A DNA stretch of 63,978 bases, counting the filler, from Corallochytrium limacisporum Hawaii (Eukaryota > Protista > Pluriformea): the NCBI GenBank assembly GCA_002811645.1. It is 5 parts of 5 records of this genome, joined end to end, with 100 filler letters (N's around TTAATTAATTAA, not from the genome) between each part and the next. Parts side by side here need not be neighbours in the genome. Positions count along the whole stretch, not along the records: positions 52,177 to 62,182 come from PDIP01000064.1; positions 62,283 to 63,978 come from PDIP01000222.1; 3 more parts are not named here. The stretch is one strand, 5' to 3'. This document shows, piece after piece, positions 56,601 to 63,978 of this stretch. Position 1 is the stretch's first letter. Every line of letters starts with the position of its first letter. The translations under genes and the position numbers were made by a program. Under the pieces are notes generated by a model that saw only the letters and a list, made by a program, of their open reading frames with translations, was not told where the DNA came from and ran no database searches.

Positions 56601-56680
56601 ACAATACTAGTGCGCGGGGCTTGCTGTCTGCCTCACGAGACGGTTCGGTGCGGATCACGCGGTTGGAAAGCTTTACATGA
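53645..56680 (+). CDS. WDR91: WDR91-like protein (LisH-like N-terminal domain plus C-terminal WD40 propeller)
   Basis: DDAVREYLAFRSMTGALRAFESD, DWRDWFALPFLKDPERQPAFQTFFS..W..SLENFI, FNHNGKLLA, GGHSDAITCLDY...SASRDGSVRI. Confidence 0.88.
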   Translation: MNGRSPRAPFALGIPGMKKITGYETISTDRNSSVNTIFQAGLDLGSLNGAASGDFGSKSLANGIGGQDAISESVIKAADDAVREYLAFRSMTGALRAFESDIRGLENTVEGELRAQKLAELLLSYTETGDVEGLKHMWRQLDRRLFLRLDRRLQTAARYLHDGLIKLLLVQCIKQGRMDKVHGVFNTLSSELVKNPDWRDWFALPFLKDPERQPAFQTFFSADWHESFAASLENFIDAALAEMPVPGLVRLLDGSVFSNLLQQQQQLAESEDTHELGQEKRLTKLGTSEISPDQLSSSAPNTPRKSSKGENDPNGTRPEVSRAHRDSPSRLGPISHSPSSAGAANMAASYFSFVQGIENIASLMAKAAHRPGEYGVSRQNVADESDMMMNISGGQEMSNLDPYESPPRQQTSGQPRSYERGPVSPLDALNNAMNDDLRDQTPSSPGDLGDPPKRSPNRLFPKHQHKRSISRDFPGGIATPETGHRLSTSGAEDLSAEIKKPSGSPIDEVADILENLPGDATLTAGGVPLKGVQQSPMLHPLRGAVVTRMVSDGIEDLPPPRSVSLPIDSSQVPQTDSSSMYQCATSGSVTNWTATGNGSGGRQSSIGVSADDDDSAFIVVSSRCYRGHAGGGAPIFCSSGSAGNVVVSSDLSGTVKVWRPNKLPSYAVEQEANVADTPTSETSSSSTSNVVASADRMSSKATLLSLRGYEWPVLAADLVGSAENVLLVSGKRCKIEVYDVNLSKRTFEFSTSSKFPYVHSIATPGNAGNSISSGSIFVTAATNSLRNLSLGHRTSNNGDERCELQLWNMRSMKSEGTLAYGESGSGMSTGSRSSTNSKGGAAVQALQFNHNGKLLAVATADCMLRILDVVNRQELMGWNIGRESIVTVHFSFDERSIHTVNVKGQYQRWDLIQAGAEVAEGAGFTVTPWFSSDEQVPVTGCCAIDSFGRYLLAASPTGYIPIYSVVDRRAVQILGGHSDAITCLDYNTSARGLLSASRDGSVRITRLESFT

Positions 56681-56775
56681 GAGCAAGTTTGCGTGCATTT
56701 AGATTTGAATTGTTCTTCGTTTACCTCTATATATTACAGTAGTTAATTATGATGTTCGATGATTCATCACGTTCA

Positions 56776-59700
56776 TCAGTAGATATCGAAACGTCCTGCG
56801 GTTTCCTCAATGGCCATGCGCATCTTGGCTTCCATTGTCTCGTAGTCCGGGTAGTACGGCAATTCGACGCTGGTGCCGCAGGTGTGGGCTTCTGGTAGGG
56901 AGTTATTGCTCATGCTCGTCTTGTGGTACACGGTGATCTTGAATGCGTGCCCAGCACTCGGCAAGGTCCACATGCCTGTGGCGAACTGGATAAAGCCGTT
57001 GAGAAGCTCCTCCTTATTCTCACCCCATTCATGTACGACTTGCTCAAATAGGCGGATCTGCTGCTCTCCCTCAGGCAAATGTATGCCACCGCCTTTGTGC
57101 GTTATAGCTTTGAGGCATTCCTTTGGCGTCACCTTTGCCACACCACAGCACAACTCTTGCAACTCAGCGGCATGCAGGGAGGATAAGGACAGGAGCAGGT
57201 CCGGGAAAGAGCTCTGGGCCTCAATCCACTCGCGGAACGCGCTCGCCATGGCATCAAGAGCGTAGAGACGTTCACGGGCTAGAATGAACTGGATCTTGCG
57301 GCTGACAAACTCATGCATGTTGGTGCTATCCACTGGTGTGTCCGCCTGTGGCAGGATCTTCGGAACGCTGAGGGCAAGTTCCTCATACTCTTCGACGGAC
57401 GCTGGGATCAACCCTTCAAAATCGAGGTACGCGTCAGCCGACTTCCGCATGGAGCTCAGGTCAGCAATCAGAGAAAGAGAGCCACGCGCTGTAGCAGGAC
57501 AGAAGTCAGCAAGATCCACAAACGAGTAGGCCTCGACGGAGCCTGTCATGAGGTACTTCCACAAGGAACTTGGAAAGATGTTTGGAATGCAAACTCGTTC
57601 CAGAATTACAAGCGCCAGGCAGCGTCCAATACACTGGTAGTAACTCAACGCCTCGTCCAAAGGGATTGTAAGTAAGGATTTGGGGATTGGCAAAAGCTTG
57701 CCCCCATCACCAAGTTCGAACAATACTATACTCTCCTGATCTCGCAGTGGCTGTTGACGGTTCTTGCCTCGTACACGGACACGGCCCGTGGACCGGCTCC
57801 AGGTTTCCATTGAGGCAATACCAAGCAGGGTGGGGTCCGTGGCATCGAAGACCTCATCAGCGGGAGCCTGTACGGAGGTCCGCTGACCGAGACTGCCTAT
57901 GGACAAACGCTTCTGCGACTTCTCGTACACCTCTTTGATCTTGTCCAGAGGCATTGCATGGCGCTTGTGACATTCAGTGAAGACTCGACTGAACAGGTCA
58001 CGTGTGAGACCACCCTGATCAATGCCCAGTTGCTTCTTGTACTTCACAGATAGGCAGCGGCCAGCCTTGCTCTTGACAAGACCACCGATCTGCTGGGTCA
58101 CACTCTGAAGGAGGATGTCAGTGTCAATGCGTATGTAGTTGTTGGACTCGTACCGATTACGGCGGATCCGGACCTTCAGAGCTCGGCCGATTTCCACCAG
58201 CTTGGATTCTCGGCTGTTCATACGGACACTATCCAGTTGGAATAACAAGTTGTTGTCATATGCAAAGAAAATGTGGCGCAGAGCTAAGCTGGCGCTGATG
58301 CGATGATCCGGTTGGTACTGAAGAAGATCCTGGAGCAAAGCCCCAAAGAACGCCTGCCAAGGTCGCAATTCTGATGTGTCAGTGGCGGCCTTGACCACAG
58401 CCTCATAGTGCACTTCTTGCGTCTCAGGGATGACATACAAATCCTGAGTCATGCCGCAGATTGCACGCAATGCAAGAAGACCAAAATCAAACATGTCTGT
58501 TGCAGAAGAAATGTCGTTCAACAACTTATGGTTGTCATGCCCAATGCGTTCTGGTGCTCGCGCTGTCTGCTCAGGGTATGGATTACCTCTGAAGCTCCCT
58601 ATGCTACCAGCTCCAAAGTTAGCCATGACAACCTGTGGTGGCTGTGTTTGCTGCATTTGAATGTTCTTGGCATCAATAAAACCATGTACAATGCCATTCT
58701 CATGCAAATACTGGATGGCGTCAAGTACTTGGCGCAAAATATTGCGTACGCTCATCACCTGTACATCATTCATGCCCGTCTTCTGGCCCTCTTGTAACTT
58801 ATTCAGATAGTCATGCAAAGTCCCTGCCCGGTATATAGGGAATTCAAGGCACCAGGAGTACGGACTGGCTGGGAAAAATCCTAACAACGGCATAATCCCG
58901 TTAAATGCCTTGTGTAAGGCATCAGAGGGCTTGCCTTTACGATGGGCCCGGCGATGCAACGATGTAAGGATTGCCAACTCAGTTTCGATGCGCCGCCTCG
59001 ACTCAGTATCTTCAATATGCTGGAATTGCAGAATGCACTCACGACCAGATGCATGTCGATAGACTGCAAGGCCACTTTCGGAGTCCTTGCCTTCCAAATT
59101 ACCAGTGACGTCGATTTCCTCATAGTCAGAGAGGGCCATAGCAGGAAGGTGCAGCTCACTGAGTAGGATGTCCAGGGATAAGTGACTATGCCACCATGCG
59201 CTGGCGTCCTTAATCGGCACAACTGCGTCGTCGAAGTCATCAGTGTGCCATTGGCGCATAGCGCGGACAATGTAGTATGTGCTCAATGGTGACCACTCGG
59301 CAGCCTCCTTGATTGCCCCCTTGTTCACTTTGCGATTGTGGACCATCTGCTTCTGCAGACGTCGTAGAGCAGCTTCTGAGTGGTTCCGTCGGTCGTGTAT
59401 ATCTTCCTTGCTTGTTTTTGCCTTCTTCTGCATCCGTTGCAGTGATTTCTGACGCTGATCAATCCGCTGAACCATGCTCTTGAGAAACAAGTACGCCTGA
59501 GATTCGTACTTTGTGGTCAGAGTGATCATTTCCCAAAATTCCGGGGGCACATGCAACATGCGATTCAAGTGTCTCTTCATCTCTTCTGCGTCTCTAGCAT
59601 CAAGGCTGTGCTGAGCAAGAGTCAAAAGCAAATGCTTCGTAAACACATCTGCGGAATCACCGGTTAGAGTCTGCACGTGCAATTCAAAGTTTCGGATAAG

Positions 59701-61662
59701 CTTCTTCGTGTAGCAATCTTTGCCTTCAGTCCGCAAATCCAAATTCTTGAAATCTTGCACCATGCTCTCCATCAGGGATTCCACTTCCCTTCGCAGTTTC
59801 TCAAACTTCTCCTCAGCCTCTCGGAGGTGCCGGTTGGAGACGCCCATGGAGGACTGCATCTGTTGGACACTGAGGTGCAATCCTTGCAATCCGAAAAGCA
59901 AGTCCTTTACCATGTCTTCTTCCTTCCGGTCCTTAGGAGTGCGTCGCAAATCGTGTTGCATGTCTTTCTCTATGTGTTCAGTGACCTGGCCCACCAAGGT
60001 CTGGATCTCGGCTGCAGTCTGCTGTACAGTGTCAATGCAAGATTTACAATTCTGAATTGGGTCATCTTCGGCTTGCTTACTCAGTTCTGCACATCGCAAA
60101 AATATGTTCAAATCTGTAACCCAGCGCTCACTGCCAAAGAGCCCAGTGATTTTCAATGCTGGAAGCTTCGAAAAATTGCAGTCCACATCGATAAGCCGCT
60201 GGTACGAGTGTTCATCTTTTCTGCAAGCGTCAATGATCGTGACCGCGCGCTGCAACATTGCGTGAACAGGACTAACATTCTCCGCATCAGCGAGCGACCG
60301 CACCATGCTCAGCTTCGCCAGCGGTGACTTGTCCCAATCACTCGGCGAGGAAGAATCAGGTCTCCTTCGCTGAGCACAAAACACAGACATGACCGTGTGA
60401 CTTGCTAGCTTGCGGTTAATATCTTCATTCTTTAGCCAAAGGCGGGCGGCAATGTGCTGTATGCATACCCTCCGCTGAGAAAGGATCGCCTTTTGTAAAT
60501 CACTCGTTTCAAAATGGGGAGCGTGAGAGATTAACAATCTCAACATGGCATCGTCAACATTTCTCTCTTCTGTCGTTTGCAAAGCAACCTTCCGGAACAT
60601 ACTGGACTGGATCATATTGTCGAAAACAATAACCTTACGCTCTGTTGTCTCTGGACATTTGCGCTCCTCGTCAATAAGCATTTGGCACAGCTCTTTCACC
60701 ATATGCCATTGGTGACCATAGCAAGCAATTTCCATGGGTGACAAACCAGAGGCGTCAGGCAGAATCGGAAGAGGCAGCCCCTCCACATCCGATAGGTTCT
60801 GTGTTTTGATCATCCGTACCAATTCGCTGACGATCTCTCGATTGCCCGTCAATACAGCGTAGTGTAGGAGAGACCGATCATTGTCCAGCACATTCTTAGA
60901 TCGAAAATTCATTTTGATGTCTCGAGTAATCATCGAAATTTCAGGCAAAAGTCCAGGAATTGCGGCTTTGATGGCTACCATTAGGACTAAGAAGCCGTAT
61001 GGCCCCTGCCAAAGCTTTTGATCCGGCTTAAGTGCGCTGATCTTCTTTGCCGACTGACGAAGATGAGCCTCGTTAAGACCGATGATGAACTTCAGCAGAG
61101 CTATTCGTCGTTTTGCTGAAATGGCATTCCAGTTGGGCTGGGCGACCTCTGTAGTTTGCCCACTTACCTGCACTTCATTGACCACCATGAAGTAGCTGTG
61201 CTGGTCGGCGCTTACCAGAGATCCCAATCCATGACGCTTCACTTTCAGAGCACCTGGTTCCGAAATATTCAGGTCTGATGGCCGCAGACCCACCGTACGC
61301 ACAATGTTTCTGCCAAAGGAATTTCCTGAAATGGCGTTATCAATACGTCGGCTGGCCGAAGACTCGTCTGTGTACGAGGAACTGGAGTACGATCCATCAC
61401 TGTCCTCCTCGTCCGAGTAATCGGAACTTTCCTCACTCTCATCATCGTAAAAGTCTTGCTCACTCCCACTTCCCTCTTCCCCGTCATCTTCTTCGTCGTC
61501 TTCCTCTTCATTGTCGGACCCGGCATCGGAATTTTCTGCAGTCCCGGACCCCTCGTTGTGCGCAGACAAGTTGTCCTGCTCGTCATTGTCTGTCTCTTCT
61601 CCGGCAGAGGCCCAGTCCTCACTAATACTGGGAGTAAGAGAATGCGCGTCCTGTTCTGACAT
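56776..61662 (-). CDS. Ankyrin + coiled coil + protein-kinase-like (pseudokinase) + HECT E3 ubiquitin ligase
   Basis: Acidic N-terminus; ankyrin-like DRSLLHYAVLTGNREIVSELV and GLSPMEIACYGHQWHMVKELC; kinase C-lobe motifs QVLDAIQYLHENGIVHG, APE, DMFDFG, PDHRISA; HECT GIDQGGLTRDLF, FIQFATG, LPEAHTC. Confidence 0.88.
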   Translation of the reverse strand: MSEQDAHSLTPSISEDWASAGEETDNDEQDNLSAHNEGSGTAENSDAGSDNEEEDDEEDDGEEGSGSEQDFYDDESEESSDYSDEEDSDGSYSSSSYTDESSASRRIDNAISGNSFGRNIVRTVGLRPSDLNISEPGALKVKRHGLGSLVSADQHSYFMVVNEVQVSGQTTEVAQPNWNAISAKRRIALLKFIIGLNEAHLRQSAKKISALKPDQKLWQGPYGFLVLMVAIKAAIPGLLPEISMITRDIKMNFRSKNVLDNDRSLLHYAVLTGNREIVSELVRMIKTQNLSDVEGLPLPILPDASGLSPMEIACYGHQWHMVKELCQMLIDEERKCPETTERKVIVFDNMIQSSMFRKVALQTTEERNVDDAMLRLLISHAPHFETSDLQKAILSQRRVCIQHIAARLWLKNEDINRKLASHTVMSVFCAQRRRPDSSSPSDWDKSPLAKLSMVRSLADAENVSPVHAMLQRAVTIIDACRKDEHSYQRLIDVDCNFSKLPALKITGLFGSERWVTDLNIFLRCAELSKQAEDDPIQNCKSCIDTVQQTAAEIQTLVGQVTEHIEKDMQHDLRRTPKDRKEEDMVKDLLFGLQGLHLSVQQMQSSMGVSNRHLREAEEKFEKLRREVESLMESMVQDFKNLDLRTEGKDCYTKKLIRNFELHVQTLTGDSADVFTKHLLLTLAQHSLDARDAEEMKRHLNRMLHVPPEFWEMITLTTKYESQAYLFLKSMVQRIDQRQKSLQRMQKKAKTSKEDIHDRRNHSEAALRRLQKQMVHNRKVNKGAIKEAAEWSPLSTYYIVRAMRQWHTDDFDDAVVPIKDASAWWHSHLSLDILLSELHLPAMALSDYEEIDVTGNLEGKDSESGLAVYRHASGRECILQFQHIEDTESRRRIETELAILTSLHRRAHRKGKPSDALHKAFNGIMPLLGFFPASPYSWCLEFPIYRAGTLHDYLNKLQEGQKTGMNDVQVMSVRNILRQVLDAIQYLHENGIVHGFIDAKNIQMQQTQPPQVVMANFGAGSIGSFRGNPYPEQTARAPERIGHDNHKLLNDISSATDMFDFGLLALRAICGMTQDLYVIPETQEVHYEAVVKAATDTSELRPWQAFFGALLQDLLQYQPDHRISASLALRHIFFAYDNNLLFQLDSVRMNSRESKLVEIGRALKVRIRRNRYESNNYIRIDTDILLQSVTQQIGGLVKSKAGRCLSVKYKKQLGIDQGGLTRDLFSRVFTECHKRHAMPLDKIKEVYEKSQKRLSIGSLGQRTSVQAPADEVFDATDPTLLGIASMETWSRSTGRVRVRGKNRQQPLRDQESIVLFELGDGGKLLPIPKSLLTIPLDEALSYYQCIGRCLALVILERVCIPNIFPSSLWKYLMTGSVEAYSFVDLADFCPATARGSLSLIADLSSMRKSADAYLDFEGLIPASVEEYEELALSVPKILPQADTPVDSTNMHEFVSRKIQFILARERLYALDAMASAFREWIEAQSSFPDLLLSLSSLHAAELQELCCGVAKVTPKECLKAITHKGGGIHLPEGEQQIRLFEQVVHEWGENKEELLNGFIQFATGMWTLPSAGHAFKITVYHKTSMSNNSLPEAHTCGTSVELPYYPDYETMEAKMRMAIEETAGRFDIY

Positions 61663-62182
61663 AATGATTCGTGCCCCTCAGTACAAGATTAGAACCACCC
61701 ACAAAGCATGACTGTCTCTCTTTGGGTGATCACCCTCGCCTCAAATTCACATCATATGCTGGTCGCTGTTTCCGTTATATTAAACACATTTCTCATTTTT
61801 AGATCTTGAAGAGGATTAAGTGGACCATTCTTCTCATACCCGCAACACTATTTGTGGCACCAATGAGTGTCCACAAAAAGACGTGTTCTGTCACGGTCAA
61901 TCCTACTTTCGGCACCCACCAGAGACCCTCCTCGTACTTGTGAGCCAGTGCCACCGGCAAAGGCGATTTCGTCCTTTTGAGATTTTGAGATTTCGCCGAA
62001 CGGAGGAGCCTATCAAGAATCTTTGATGCGCAAGAGAAGTGCCAAGCGTAGCCCGAAGCATAAAATCCTGACCTGCACAGCAACTATGAGAGCGCCTACC
62101 CAAGTACTATCCTCTGCGTCGAAATATTGCTCCAAATCACATTTAATCAACCGGAATAAGGAGGGAGGGAGAAATTCGCGCC

Positions 62183-62282
62183 NNNNNNNNNNNNNNNNNN
62201 NNNNNNNNNNNNNNNNNNNNNNNNNNTTAATTAATTAANNNNNNNNNNNNNNNNNNNNNNNNNNNNNNNNNNNNNNNNNNNN
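62183..62282. other. Assembly gap spacer
   Basis: Same 100-nt N/TTAATTAATTAA spacer. Confidence 0.97.
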
Positions 62283-62602
62283 GACGGGACCTGGAGCGTT
62301 CAACGTGGTTTGATCGGTGATGGGGAAGGTGGGTGGAAAAATAGTTTGATATACAGTATAACATAGTATATCATCAAGTATGTTATCCCAAACCCCGCCG
62401 TGGGGGGAACGCGGTGTTCCGGTTCTTAACAGGTGCCGGGAGGGGGGGTTTCGGACAAAAAAACAAAAAAATCGGGAGGCCGCGTAAGTTGTGACCGAGA
62501 GATGGGGACCGGGGGACTACAGCACGGGGGACAGACAGCAGAGGTTTGGGGCGGGTCAGGGTCCAGCAGAGGGCAAGGTCATGTCACGCCCCGAAGCACC
62601 CT

Positions 62603-63259
62603 TCACTGCGCAATCGCGCCTCCAATACCGCTGGCGCCTCCAATACCGCTGGCGGGGCCTCCAATACCGCTGGCGCCTCCAATACCGCTGGCGGGGCCTC
62701 CAATACCGCTGGCGGGGCCTTCAGGGCCTTCAGGGCCTCCAATACCGCTGGCGGGACCTTCAGGGCCTTCAGGGCCTTCAGGGCCTTCAGGGCCTCCAGG
62801 GCCTCCAATACCGCTGGCGGGGCCTCCAATACCGCTGGCGGGGCCTCCAATACCGCTGGCGGGGCCTTCAGGGCCTTCAGGGCCTCCAATACCGCTGGCG
62901 CCTCCAATACCGCTGGCGCCTCCAACACCGCTGCCGGCATCATCCTTCATGCCAACAAACTCGATACCGCTGGCGGGGCCTCCAATACCGCTGGCGCCTC
63001 CAATACCGCTGGCGCCTCCAATACCGCTGGCGCCTCCAATACCGCTGGCGGGGCCTTCAGGGCCTTCAGGGCCTCCAGGGCCTCCAATACCGCTGGCGCC
63101 TCCAATACCGCTGGCGCCTCCAACACCGCTGCCGGCATCATCCTTCATGCCAACAAACTCGATATCTACCGTACTAGTGCCTTCGGGGACAATGGGTGCT
63201 GCGAAGACAGAGGTGCCGAGAAGGCCAACTGTGGCCATGGTAGCGATACTGAGTTTCAT
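62603..63259 (-). CDS. Secreted Gly-rich repeat protein (GASGIG / GPE repeats)
   Basis: ATG in ACC-ATG context; signal peptide MKLSIATMATVGLLGTSVFA|AP; the only frame across the repeat with both an ATG and a signal peptide. Confidence 0.75.
   Translation of the reverse strand: MKLSIATMATVGLLGTSVFAAPIVPEGTSTVDIEFVGMKDDAGSGVGGASGIGGASGIGGPGGPEGPEGPASGIGGASGIGGASGIGGASGIGGPASGIEFVGMKDDAGSGVGGASGIGGASGIGGPEGPEGPASGIGGPASGIGGPASGIGGPGGPEGPEGPEGPEGPASGIGGPEGPEGPASGIGGPASGIGGASGIGGPASGIGGASGIGGAIAQ
62617..63165. repeat. Compound coding minisatellite (9-, 18- and 21-bp units)
   Basis: Units CCAATACCGCTGGCGCCT, CCAATACCGCTGGCGGGGCCT and CAGGGCCTT, plus a duplicated unique block at about 62921-62966 and 63120-63165. 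Confidence 0.95.
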
Positions 63260-63978
63260 GGTGGTAAGCTTTGAATTGGTTCTACAGAGAAGTCTAGCAA
63301 GCGTGCGGTTATCAAGACTACAGTGCTATGTTCACTGCTGATCAAGGATCTGGACCGCTTTTTCTATGAGATCCAGAATGCTTTAAGTACCCTTCCAGCA
63401 CAGTAGTCAGTTTCGTGGTCTGTTGTTTCGACCATTCATTACTGGTCTCCCCATGCAAATCTCTACATTCCCAAAAGGATATATTTCCCACAAGACCCAC
63501 ACCGGGCATTTCAAGTTCAATGCTATCAAGACATGAAAATGTAACCTATGAGCTAAACATATCTTGGTCGATACAGATGGTGATGCAGATTGACTGTTCG
63601 GGTCTCATATCTCCCCGCATTTGCGCAAGATCTTTCTGCCTAACCAACTTCTCCAGCAAGTTGTCTACATGTCCCGTGGCCTTGCGGTCGCTTCTCCGAA
63701 ATGCATTAAAGGCGGCACCTAGGAGGCAAGCAGTCCTGCCCGACGACAGAGTACGGTCGTACATTGTGTAACCGCGCAGTAGTCCCCAGCAGTGTACCAT
63801 CGTTTGTGCTGTCCCACCCGTCCGTTTCTTTCAGGCTGTGTTACATCAACAGCGACCGCATCGAGCTGGCTTCTGCGTTCGGCGCCAGCTGATCCCGGTG
63901 GGTGTCTGTATATCTGGGGTAGATCGCGTCCGTACATTTCCTATTGGTGATGAGTTCTTGGGTAATCGAAAAGGATCG

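Noticed and set aside
19676-60327. Numerous antisense or overlapping ORFs inside large genes (e.g. 19676-20479, 21813-22718, 47108-47782, 59677-60327)
   Set aside because: Shadow frames of well-supported CDSs with no independent motifs.
62617-63165. CRISPR-like array
   Set aside because: No unique spacers, unit lengths are multiples of 3 inside an ORF, and the context is eukaryotic with no cas genes.
63283-63299. U6 snRNA-like ACAGAGAAG..TAGCA
   Set aside because: The downstream U6 internal stem-loop and 3' oligo-U are missing; likely a chance match.
62433-63341. Alternative long ORFs over the repeat (PPIPLA, LQYRWR, ASNTAG, VLEAPA frames)
   Set aside because: Open frames are expected from stop-free triplet-multiple repeats; only 62603-63259 has both an ATG and a signal peptide.
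63546-63937. Minus-strand ORF fragments at the window end as transposase or gene
   Set aside because: No convincing catalytic motif, frames are interrupted and the region is truncated by the window edge.

Overview
Gene-dense eukaryotic DNA with almost no spliceosomal introns, not prokaryotic. Five contigs are joined by four artificial 100-nt N/TTAATTAATTAA spacers. Recognisable single-exon genes: flavin monooxygenase, TPP-dependent 2-hydroxyacyl-CoA lyase/oxalyl-CoA decarboxylase, PTS1-bearing CoA Nudix hydrolase, degenerate MoxR/ChlI-like AAA+ protein, proteasome beta5, VPS45, Nup153-like nucleoporin, signal-peptide HSP20, beta-lactamase-fold hydrolase with a decayed tandem paralogue, thioredoxin-fold membrane protein, SH3 adaptor, Aco2-type aconitase, XRN1, bacterial-type tandem DsbA/HCCA isomerase, ABCC transporter, dephospho-CoA kinase, WDR91-like protein, a 1628-aa ankyrin-pseudokinase-HECT E3 ligase and two small secreted proteins. 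There is also an intron-containing elongator tRNA-Met. Animal-like genes alongside a fungal-type Aco2 and no visible mRNA introns suggest a unicellular holozoan such as Corallochytrium (inference only). No CRISPR array, intact mobile element or multi-gene system is supported. The best novelty candidates are the pseudokinase-HECT fusion, a defensin-like prepropeptide, the secretory sHSP, a Gly-X-Y-like secreted repeat protein and a stand-alone COASY-type dephospho-CoA kinase. All family calls come from motif recognition by eye; no database searches were run.
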